Below are positions 1 to 7,528 of a DNA stretch of 32,000 bases, piece by piece. The first letter of the stretch is position 1. The number at the start of each line of letters is the position of its first letter. A model generated the notes under the pieces. That model saw nothing but the letters and a program-made list of their open reading frames with translations. It was not told the origin of the DNA and did not search any database. Origin of the DNA: Candidatus Saccharimonadota bacterium (GTDB taxonomy: Bacteria > Patescibacteriota > Gracilibacteria > UBA4473); the NCBI GenBank assembly GCA_030429505.1, contig JAUIFI010000001.1:540001-572000 (forward strand). Direction: 5' to 3'. The position numbers were made by a program, and so were the translations under genes.

Positions 1-1078
1 ACATCGGTTGATCTGGAGATACAGGAATAAAAGCATGATCACATAAAAGAGGACCATCGGTTGGACGACACATCAGAGTCACATCATTAACTCGTCCCCT
101 CTTCTCATAAACCTCTTGATCTTCTGTGAACTTAATCATAAAAGTATGCTTTGCATAAATTTTACCATCTTCAGGATTGCGCTTAGTTTCCGCCCCCACA
201 AGCAGTATAAATTCAATGATTTTTCCGTCTCCATCAGTCTTTTCAATCTCCTGACGAACTTCTCTCACGGCACCAAAACGTCCTGTCATAAACGTGCTAA
301 CAATAGCATATGCTCCCAAAATCAAAATAATTCCTCCCACAACCCCAATCATTGTTTTCTTGGCTGTCTCCATCCGACCTGAATCACCAAAAGAAGTAAT
401 CAATGTAAACCCTGCCCACACTCCAGCCACTACCCCTCCAGTCGCTGCTATCGTCAATAAAAACATTGTCCATCGCAAAGCTAAAAAAATCAAATCGCCT
501 TGCGTTATAATACCTTTTTCAATATTACACCGCACAAAACGAGCACTACGTCTTAGTCCTCCTCCATCATAAACAGGTCGTTCTGCTGTCGTCGGGAAAA
601 AAGCATCCAGTAAATCTCCCGTACCAACATTATTAATATCCGAAAAACCATTAATAACACTACCAACAGCCCCTACACCATCTCCCACAGCTCCCACAAT
701 ATCTCCAACTCCACGAACAGCTCCTCCCACGCCAGCCCCTAATGCCTCTCCAAAACCAAGCTCTCTAGGATCACCGCCAGAAAAACCTGCCGCTTCCTGA
801 ATACTTTCTCCCGCAGAATCAAGCCCTCCTGACAAAAAATTAAGCCCTCCTCCAACTAACTGAAAAGGATCTCCCAGCTGAATTCCAAAACGATCATTCA
901 AAAGATCAAGTAAACATTCACTATCTAAATCCCCTAGTTTCAGACCATCAAGTCGAGAAAGTGTTTGATCATCCAAAATTCTCGCAGAAGCATGATTACC
1001 AAAAAACAAAGCCAAAAAAATTCCTCCCACCAAAACGGCTTGTTTAAGGCAAGAACAAAATCTCATAAGAAAAGACAT
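1..1078 (-). CDS. TrbC/VirB2-like 'T4SS pilin'-domain membrane protein, paralog 1 (C-terminus runs off the left window edge)
   Basis: The minus-strand frame is open from the ATG at 1078 to position 2 with no in-frame stop. It is missing from the ORF track only because it leaves the window. The N-terminus MSFLMRFCSCLKQAVLVGGIFLALFFGNHASA looks like a signal peptide or anchor, followed by a Gly-rich GxxG tract. Then comes WTMFLLTIAATGGVVAGVWAGFTLITSFGDSGRMETAKKTMIGVVGGIILILGAYAIVSTF: two hydrophobic helices joined by a short polar loop, the pattern of TrbC/VirB2-type pilins and the CPR T4SS_pilin family. About 295-1160 is a nucleotide-level paralog of about 1655-2510. Confidence 0.7.
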   Translation of the reverse strand, partial: MSFLMRFCSCLKQAVLVGGIFLALFFGNHASARILDDQTLSRLDGLKLGDLDSECLLDLLNDRFGIQLGDPFQLVGGGLNFLSGGLDSAGESIQEAAGFSGGDPRELGFGEALGAGVGGAVRGVGDIVGAVGDGVGAVGSVINGFSDINNVGTGDLLDAFFPTTAERPVYDGGGLRRSARFVRCNIEKGIITQGDLIFLALRWTMFLLTIAATGGVVAGVWAGFTLITSFGDSGRMETAKKTMIGVVGGIILILGAYAIVSTFMTGRFGAVREVRQEIEKTDGDGKIIEFILLVGAETKRNPEDGKIYAKHTFMIKFTEDQEVYEKRGRVNDVTLMCRPTDGPLLCDHAFIPVSPDQPM

Positions 1079-1116
1079 TCAACGCTTCAAAAAGAAAGAA
1101 AAAATACACACCGCAC

Positions 1117-1146
1117 ATTGTCCCACGTTTCCACCAAAAGAGTCAA
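1117..1146 (-). promoter_or_regulatory. Candidate sigma70-type promoter of pilin-like paralog 1
   Basis: On the coding (minus) strand the sequence reads TTGACT (1146-1141), 18 nt, TGgGACAAT (-10 at 1122-1117), about 38 nt upstream of the ATG at 1078. The same arrangement is conserved upstream of paralog 2. Confidence 0.4.
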
Positions 1147-1162
1147 ACACCACAAAGAACAC

Positions 1163-2434
1163 TTAACGAGTTCGCTCAGTATACAGAGGCGTAATAGAAA
1201 CAGACTGTGACTCCATATGTCCAGAATCAGTACGAATATTCAGTCGCATTTGATGAGGCGCTTTAACAGTTATTTTTGAAACACCAAAAGCATACGTTAC
1301 TTTTCCTCCCGAAAAAGGCACTGCAACAGAATCTTCAAAATCACAAAGATTTACCGAACCGGAAGGCTCACAAAAAAGACGAGCCGATTCAACAGCCCCA
1401 TGCTCAGTATCATTAAAACTCACTTCGATATCATAATTCATTGTAGGAAAGCGCCTTCCTGGACCAGGAGGAGTATTATAAGGCCCTCCTACCACACGCA
1501 AAACGCCAATAACAGTATCCGAACTTTCATAACCATCATCATAACCACCATTTTCTGATTCATTATCACCTTTATTGTTAGGCTGTTCCTGATCTCCAGG
1601 AGGAGATGATAATGGAATCGATGCAATTGGACCGAATCTAGACTGAAGAAAAGTATTAACAATAGCATACGCACCTAAAATCAAAAGAACGCCAGCTATT
1701 ACTCCCAAAAGAGTTTTTTTAGCTGTCTCAATACGATCACTACCAAAAGCAGTAATCATGGAAAAACCTGCCCACACTCCAGCCACAACTCCAGCAATAG
1801 CCGCTATAGAAAGTAGAAGTTTCGTCCATCCCAAAATCAAAGAAATCAAATTTTCCTGAGTCGAAAGTCCTCTATCGAGATGACACCTCACAATACGAGC
1901 ACCACGCTTTGATCCGGGTCCATCAAAAACAGTATTTTGAGCGCTTCCCGGAAAAAAAATATCCAAAACATCTTTCGTCCGAATGTTATTAATATCAGGA
2001 ATCCCATTAATAGCTCCCCCCACAGCCCCTAAACCATCACCAACAGCACCAGTAATATCTCCAACTCCACGAACAGCTCCCCCCACACCAGCTCCTAGAG
2101 CTTGACCAAAGTCGAGTTCTCTCGGATCTCCTCCAGTAAAACCCGAAGCTTCCTGAATTCCTTGTCCAACAGAGTCCAACCCTCCAGACAAAGCATTAAG
2201 ACCCCCTCCAACCCAATTCAAGGGATCTCCCAATTGCAACCCAAACCTATCATTCAAAAGATCAAGCAAACATTCACTATCTACATCTCCAAGCTCCAAT
2301 TTATCAAGTCTGGAAAGTGTTTGATCATCCAAAATTCCCGCAGAAACATAGTTACCAAAAGACAAAATTAAAAACACTCCCCCCATTAGACCAACGTATT
2401 CAAAGACAGAGCAAAACCTCGAAAATAAAGACAT
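1163..2434 (-). CDS. TrbC/VirB2-like 'T4SS pilin'-domain membrane protein, paralog 2, with appended C-terminal domain
   Basis: The ORF track start at 2446 is a TTG. The ATG at 2434 (MSLFSRFCSV) aligns with the paralog 1 start MSFLMRFCSC. The architecture is a signal/anchor, a Gly-rich tract (GAGVGGAVRGVGDITGAVGDGLGAVGGAINGI), a two-helix pilin core (LLLSIAAIAGVVAGVWAGFSMITAFGSDRIETAKKTLLGVIAGVLLILGAYAIVNTFL), an acidic low-complexity linker (PPGDQEQPNNKGDNESENGGYDDGYESSD), and a roughly 110-aa C-terminal domain unrelated to paralog 1. Confidence 0.8.
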   Translation of the reverse strand: MSLFSRFCSVFEYVGLMGGVFLILSFGNYVSAGILDDQTLSRLDKLELGDVDSECLLDLLNDRFGLQLGDPLNWVGGGLNALSGGLDSVGQGIQEASGFTGGDPRELDFGQALGAGVGGAVRGVGDITGAVGDGLGAVGGAINGIPDINNIRTKDVLDIFFPGSAQNTVFDGPGSKRGARIVRCHLDRGLSTQENLISLILGWTKLLLSIAAIAGVVAGVWAGFSMITAFGSDRIETAKKTLLGVIAGVLLILGAYAIVNTFLQSRFGPIASIPLSSPPGDQEQPNNKGDNESENGGYDDGYESSDTVIGVLRVVGGPYNTPPGPGRRFPTMNYDIEVSFNDTEHGAVESARLFCEPSGSVNLCDFEDSVAVPFSGGKVTYAFGVSKITVKAPHQMRLNIRTDSGHMESQSVSITPLYTERTR

Positions 2435-2470
2435 TGAGAACTTCAAAAAAAGAAAAAATATTCACAATCC

Positions 2471-2500
2471 ATTGTTCCACTTTTTACCCTAAAGAGTCAA
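2471..2500 (-). promoter_or_regulatory. Candidate sigma70-type promoter of pilin-like paralog 2
   Basis: The minus strand reads TTGACT (2500-2495), 18 nt, TGgAACAAT (-10 at 2476-2471). Sequence and spacing are conserved with 1117-1146. Confidence 0.4.
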
Positions 2501-2585
2501 ACCCTCCTGACACCCCAAAAAAGCTACAGAAAGACTACCAAAAAACAATGATTTGTAGTATAATAAAAGGATATTTCGCAACAAA

Positions 2586-2930
2586 ATGATTGAAGAAAAA
2601 AAATCTACCATTCTCCAACTTCTCAATAAAAGCTTCATTATAAGCCCCGAAGTCAAAGAACAAGTTGAAACAAAAATACAATCAACCCCCCCTGAAAAAC
2701 TCGAACCAATACTCGATGCTCTCATTCCATTACTCAAAGAAGATCAAGAAAACGAAAATCGATTACTCGAAAAAATAATCGAAGTAAATCCTAATTTTCT
2801 CGCCGAAGTAAATCAAGTCGTCAATGAAAACATAAAAGAGCAAACCAAAGAAGCCGAAGTCGAAAATAACCAGAAAGAAGAAAAAGAAATAGCCAATATA
2901 GAAGAAGAAATGAACGACGCTTGGACCTAA
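2586..2930 (+). CDS. Hypothetical small acidic protein (114 aa)
   Basis: The ORF has an ATG start, and its stop lies 6 nt before the ATG of the next gene (2937), suggesting an operon. The protein is Glu/Lys/Asn-rich and I recognise no motif. It is transcribed divergently from the pilin-like genes. Confidence 0.55.
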   Translation: MIEEKKSTILQLLNKSFIISPEVKEQVETKIQSTPPEKLEPILDALIPLLKEDQENENRLLEKIIEVNPNFLAEVNQVVNENIKEQTKEAEVENNQKEEKEIANIEEEMNDAWT

Positions 2931-2936
2931 AGCATC

Positions 2937-5819
2937 ATGAAAAAAATACAAAACGGGCTCTTTCATCCATACTCATCACAGAAGTTTTCTGAAAAGATAC
3001 CTTTTTTTATTTTTCAAGAAAAATCAAATAATGACGTCATAACAGACGTAAAAAATTCCCTCAAACAAAACAGTGAACACAAAAACGAACAAACAACCGA
3101 AGAACGATACAAGCAACTGGAAGATCTTAGAAACAATCTGCATGAAAAATTCAAAGACAAAGTTTCCGATCCCAAAAAACTCATGGATCGGATCAACGAA
3201 CTCATTATAAATTCTGTTACTGGAAAAGGGAAAGAAGCTCCCAGACAAATAGACTTTCAGTTTACTGGCGCACTCATCGAAGGTCAAAAAGCAGGCTTAG
3301 GATCCAACGAATTTGGTATTTACAAACAAACCCTCGAAACCGCCATCACTAGCATCATATTAGATGAAAACATAGATCAACATGATCACCTACAAATCGC
3401 CAACATCAGACAAAAATTCGAATCTACTGGGGAAGGGTTGCAGGATCATGCCACTTTAGCCGGAACTGCCAAAATCAAAATCGATAAAAAAGCTGAATCA
3501 AACAGTATGGTTCAAGAGATCAGAGAAATTCGAAATAAAATCTACCAAGAACAGCTATCTCCCGCCCTCAAAAACAATCCAGAAGCAAGAACAAAACTAT
3601 GGAACAAAGTCAGCGAACTTCTCAATAACGCTATTCTGAACATAGAATCTCCTAACAGCGAATTCGTTCACTCAGGAGAAAAATTTGAATTTGATCTTGA
3701 TAAAGGACTTGATCGAGGAGAATTTGAAGCCTACAAAAAATACCTTGAAGGATCAATTCGAGCAATACTATTGCGGACAGATATTGAAAACAATCCCCAA
3801 TTAAAAACTCTCTCCGAACAAGAAAGAAAGCAAGCTCAACAAATTCTCACCTTCTGCCCAGAAGCCAAGGCACTCATTGAAACAGGACAAGTTCCATTGG
3901 AACAAATAAAAGCCCGCGCCACCATTTTCAACAAACTCAAAGAAGTCTCTGGACATCTCGGTGATATGACCACATCTCAAGAAACCATCGATCACACAAC
4001 AAATCTCGTCAAGAGAATCCAAAGTGACATAATGAAAAATGGATTCAATCCAAACTTAGAAATCAACACAAAATTTGAACAATGGGATGGAGCTCAAGAT
4101 GCTGAATATAGTTGGACATTCCAAAAAATATCACAATCAGAATTTCTTGCTCGAATTACTAACGACACCAGTCTCATAACCGAAGCCTTCCCAGGGAAAA
4201 TGGTAAAAGCCTCTCCCGTTCTCAGAAAATTCAAAGAAATATCTCCTGAGTCTGAAGAAGCGAAACAAGTAGATCGCCTCAAAACCCTTATTAAAAATTT
4301 CGAACAATGGGAAGGCAAAGGCAATGATCCTGAAGTCCAAAAAGCTCTCCTTAATGCTTCTCAATATCTCAACTCAGGAAAAGTCGAAGCCATTGAATCT
4401 GCAAAAGACCAACTCAAAACAATCATGAGCTACGACAAGAACTATATAGACGTAGACAAAATTTCGACAAGCGATCAAGACCTAGCCTTCGCTCTTCGAA
4501 AAATGGAAAAATACAGGGAATCAGGAAGCATCATGCTCAAAGAAGCATTCGGTCAAAAACAAGATGCAATTAATCAAGCCATTGATGAAGGTAAATCAGA
4601 CGAAGAAATACAAAAGGAATTATCAAAACCTTCAAAATACACCGAAAATCTAAACGAAGAAGGAAAAAAACAAGTCACAAATATACTCAATGAAGCCGGA
4701 AAATTAGAAGAATCTGGCGCTATCAAACAAAAAGCCGCTGAAAAATACGATCAGATCATGCGAGCACTTTCCGCGCAACCACTCAACGCCGACTTCCTCG
4801 ACAAACTTTCTGCCAACAAAGCCGATATAGTCGACGCCATCGGAACAGATTTAGCTCTCCGTCAATCCATCGCCACCAGTGTCCGTGAATTCGGAGACAA
4901 AAACCTCGGTGACACACTCAAAGCTTACAGCGACATGGAAGGACTTGGAAATTTTGATCTTTCTGACGCAAATGAAAAACTCGCTGGAGAAATCGCCATA
5001 GCCCTAGCAACCACAGTAGCCATCACCGTTGTTACCGCTGGGCTAGGCACAGCTGCTTCTGGAGCCGGATTTGTCGGAAGACTCGCCGCCAGAGGACCAA
5101 GATTCGCACGACTCGCACGTGGACTCAAAAGAGCAGCTCAAGTCGTACAAAAAGGAATTCACGTTCTCGAACACCCTCTCGGAAGCGTCGCTAAATTTAG
5201 CGAAAAATTTGGAAAACACGGTGCTAGCATTGCTCAAAAAATCAACCATCTTGCCCATCACTACAAGTATATCCATGAAGCTGAACACGTCCTCGGACAC
5301 ACACTCACATTCACAGCATTTCAAACAGGAGTTAGAACAGCCATGTCAGGAAACCTATCACTCAAATACATAGCAAAAGACTTCACCGGAAATCTTAAAT
5401 TTTATGCAACTATGGGATCAGCTGGAGCATTACTAAAAAGTTTCAAAAATCTAGAATCTATAGGGAAGCTTCTAGGAAATACAAAAACTCTTACAGGAGC
5501 AAAAGTTGAGACTAAAATTGACAGCTACGGCAAGCATCTTTTAAACACTGGAAAGCAAGTCACCGAAAGCGTTATAAAAAGCAATGAAGAAAAAAATAAA
5601 GAACAAGATCCTAAAAAAGCCTACGAAGCAGAATTCGAAGAATTCGAAGAAAATCTTTACGTCTTCGCTAATGAACTTGAAGGAAAACTCAGCCAAACCG
5701 ATCCCCTCCCAAAAGCAAGTCCTGATGATAAAATCGCTATGCTCATAAATCAAATAATCCAGCAAGATCCCACATCCTTTAAAAAAGATTTTCCAAACGT
5801 GTACAAATATATCAGTTAA
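2937..5819 (+). CDS. Large hypothetical protein (960 aa), Lys/Glu-rich helical, with one Ala/Gly/Thr-rich hydrophobic segment
   Basis: This is a long uninterrupted ORF with coding-like composition. It contains an apparent internal duplication of about 85-89 aa (3117-3372 vs 3519-3786). A hydrophobic stretch AGEIAIALATTVAITVVTAGLGTAASGAGFVG (about 4984-5080) is followed by a basic, His-rich region. I recognise no catalytic motif. Confidence 0.85.
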   Translation: MKKIQNGLFHPYSSQKFSEKIPFFIFQEKSNNDVITDVKNSLKQNSEHKNEQTTEERYKQLEDLRNNLHEKFKDKVSDPKKLMDRINELIINSVTGKGKEAPRQIDFQFTGALIEGQKAGLGSNEFGIYKQTLETAITSIILDENIDQHDHLQIANIRQKFESTGEGLQDHATLAGTAKIKIDKKAESNSMVQEIREIRNKIYQEQLSPALKNNPEARTKLWNKVSELLNNAILNIESPNSEFVHSGEKFEFDLDKGLDRGEFEAYKKYLEGSIRAILLRTDIENNPQLKTLSEQERKQAQQILTFCPEAKALIETGQVPLEQIKARATIFNKLKEVSGHLGDMTTSQETIDHTTNLVKRIQSDIMKNGFNPNLEINTKFEQWDGAQDAEYSWTFQKISQSEFLARITNDTSLITEAFPGKMVKASPVLRKFKEISPESEEAKQVDRLKTLIKNFEQWEGKGNDPEVQKALLNASQYLNSGKVEAIESAKDQLKTIMSYDKNYIDVDKISTSDQDLAFALRKMEKYRESGSIMLKEAFGQKQDAINQAIDEGKSDEEIQKELSKPSKYTENLNEEGKKQVTNILNEAGKLEESGAIKQKAAEKYDQIMRALSAQPLNADFLDKLSANKADIVDAIGTDLALRQSIATSVREFGDKNLGDTLKAYSDMEGLGNFDLSDANEKLAGEIAIALATTVAITVVTAGLGTAASGAGFVGRLAARGPRFARLARGLKRAAQVVQKGIHVLEHPLGSVAKFSEKFGKHGASIAQKINHLAHHYKYIHEAEHVLGHTLTFTAFQTGVRTAMSGNLSLKYIAKDFTGNLKFYATMGSAGALLKSFKNLESIGKLLGNTKTLTGAKVETKIDSYGKHLLNTGKQVTESVIKSNEEKNKEQDPKKAYEAEFEEFEENLYVFANELEGKLSQTDPLPKASPDDKIAMLINQIIQQDPTSFKKDFPNVYKYIS

Positions 5820-5898
5820 AAAAACAAAACCCCTGTAAAAATAAGCCCAAATCTAAACCAATAGACTTGATCAAAAATCATGCTACAATAATCAAGCT

Positions 5899-6957
5899 AT
5901 GCAAGACAAAGCAAATCAATTGATCAAAGAATTTGAACAACTCGAAAAAGAGTTGTCAGATCCTGATGTCTACAACGATCAAGCAAAAGCAGCGAAACTC
6001 TCACAAAAGAGAAAATCTCTGGAACACAAAGTTGAACTTGCACGAACCTACATCAAACTCCACAAAACAAAAATCGGCAACGAAGAGCTCCTCAAAACCG
6101 AAAAAGATCCTGAAATGATCGAGCTGGCAAAAGAAGAACTTGACCAAGTTAAAAAAGAAATTCCTGAAGTCGAAGAAGCACTCCGAGTCGCCCTCATCCC
6201 CACCGATCCAAATGATGAACGTAATGCCATTATCGAAATCAGGGCTGGAGTAGGAGGAGATGAGGCTAGTCTCTTTGCTGAAGAAATCGCCCGCATGATT
6301 ATGCGATTTAGTGAAAAATGCGAATTTCAAAACGAACTCATTTCTGAAAGCACCAATGAAAATGGCGGCATCAAAGAAACCATTTTCAAAGCGATTGGAT
6401 TTGGAGCCTATGGAAAACTCAAATTCGAAGCTGGTGTCCACCGTGTCCAACGCATCCCCGTTACCGAATCACAAGGTCGGGTACACACTTCTGCCATATC
6501 AGTCGTCGTCATGCCCGAAGTCGAGGAGTCTGTCATAGAGATAGATCTCAATGATGTACGAGTCGACGTCTTTCGCAGCTCCGGCTGTGGAGGGCAATCC
6601 GTCAATACGACCGATTCTGCAGTCCGATTAACACATATCCCATCGGGTATCGTCGTCACCTGTCAGGACGAAAAATCACAACTCAAAAATAAAAACAAAG
6701 CCTTTGGAGTCCTACGTGCACGACTCTTTGCACTCGAAGAAGAAAAACGACAAAAGGAATTAGGAGAAAAAAGACTCGCTCACATCGGATCAGGAGACCG
6801 GTCAGACAAGATCAGAACTTACAACTTCCCACAAGACAGAGTCACCGATCACAGAATTGGACAAAATTTTTCCAACCTTCCTTCGATCATGGACGGGAAT
6901 ATCGATAAGATTGTGGAGGCATTAGCGATTGAAGAACAGAAGAATTTTTTAGAATAA
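5899..6957 (+). CDS. prfA: Peptide chain release factor 1
   Basis: The protein carries the GGQ motif (SSGCGGQSVNTTDSAVRLTH) and the RF1-specific PxT tripeptide (RIPVTESQGRVHTSA). Its full length is typical at 352 aa. Confidence 0.97.
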   Translation: MQDKANQLIKEFEQLEKELSDPDVYNDQAKAAKLSQKRKSLEHKVELARTYIKLHKTKIGNEELLKTEKDPEMIELAKEELDQVKKEIPEVEEALRVALIPTDPNDERNAIIEIRAGVGGDEASLFAEEIARMIMRFSEKCEFQNELISESTNENGGIKETIFKAIGFGAYGKLKFEAGVHRVQRIPVTESQGRVHTSAISVVVMPEVEESVIEIDLNDVRVDVFRSSGCGGQSVNTTDSAVRLTHIPSGIVVTCQDEKSQLKNKNKAFGVLRARLFALEEEKRQKELGEKRLAHIGSGDRSDKIRTYNFPQDRVTDHRIGQNFSNLPSIMDGNIDKIVEALAIEEQKNFLE

Positions 6958-6974
6958 AAAAGTCATTCCAATTT

Positions 6975-7001
6975 GTCATTCTGAATTTATTTCAGAATCT
7001 C
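6975..7001. repeat. Palindromic REP-like element, copy 1 (GTCATTCTGAATTTATTTCAGAATCTC)
   Basis: The element has an 8-bp stem (attctgaa/ttcagaat) with a 4-nt loop, flanked by GTC...CTC. It sits immediately 3' of prfA. Confidence 0.6.
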
Positions 7002-7022
7002 TATTCTCTTATAACTACCTTT

Positions 7023-7049
7023 GAGATCCTGAATCAAGTTCAGGATGAC
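7023..7049. repeat. Palindromic REP-like element, copy 2, inverted orientation (reverse complement GTCATCCTGAACTTGATTCAGGATCTC)
   Basis: The reverse complement matches copy 1 at most positions, including the GTCAT and ATCTC ends. The stem is atcctgaa/ttcaggat. It overlaps the 3' end of the weak ORF 7040-7246. Confidence 0.6.
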
Positions 7050-7246
7050 AAAAGACACTTATCAATCCACAAAATAATAAAAGGAACTACAGTAGCCGCT
7101 CCCAAAGCCCACATAGCTACTGTATGAGCTCGTATAGAATTGTCATTTGCTTGTTTCGCAGTTTTTCTCGCTTCTTTGAGTTCTAAATAATCAATATACT
7201 TAAAAGCAGCGTCAAAAGACAAAATATAATAATATACATACGACAA
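7040..7246 (-). CDS. Hypothetical small protein with C-terminal hydrophobic helix (68 aa); weak call
   Basis: The start at 7246 is a TTG with no ATG alternative. It lies 9 nt after the stop of the upstream ORF. There is a single hydrophobic helix, VAMWALGAATVVPFIILWI. The 3' end overlaps a palindromic element. Confidence 0.3.
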   Translation of the reverse strand: MSYVYYYILSFDAAFKYIDYLELKEARKTAKQANDNSIRAHTVAMWALGAATVVPFIILWIDKCLLSS

Positions 7247-7255
7247 AAGAGTTTT

Positions 7256-7528
7256 TCAGTTTTTCTGCTCTTCAATAGTTTCTTCTTTCTTATAAAGAAA
7301 AATTGACTCAAGAGGAGCAAGTCCCGAATTTCTATTTCGATCAGCATGACCAAAATGAGCTATTACAAATTCTTTTTCCCAATCAGATAACACTAAATCT
7401 GCTAATACTTGTTCTTTTGTAAAACCTTCGCAATGATCTATACCATATTCCAATAATTTTAAGTAAATACTATTTCTAAAGTCACCTTTTTTCATTTTAA
7501 ATAAATACCAGTTGATTCTTCTCGACAT
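7256..7528 (-). CDS. Hypothetical small protein (90 aa, or 79 aa from the ATG at 7495)
   Basis: The ATG at 7528 overlaps the clpB 3' end by 32 nt and is preceded by AAGGTGA-like sequence. The alternative ATG at 7495 lies 1 nt after the clpB stop. No motif is recognised. Confidence 0.45.
   Translation of the reverse strand: MSRRINWYLFKMKKGDFRNSIYLKLLEYGIDHCEGFTKEQVLADLVLSDWEKEFVIAHFGHADRNRNSGLAPLESIFLYKKEETIEEQKN

Noticed and set aside
6545-6640. Nucleotide similarity between the GGQ regions of prfA (about 6545-6640) and prfB (about 27130-27230, opposite strand).
   Set aside because: This is the expected paralogy of RF1 and RF2 around the conserved GGQ domain. It is not a repeat element or a recombination feature.
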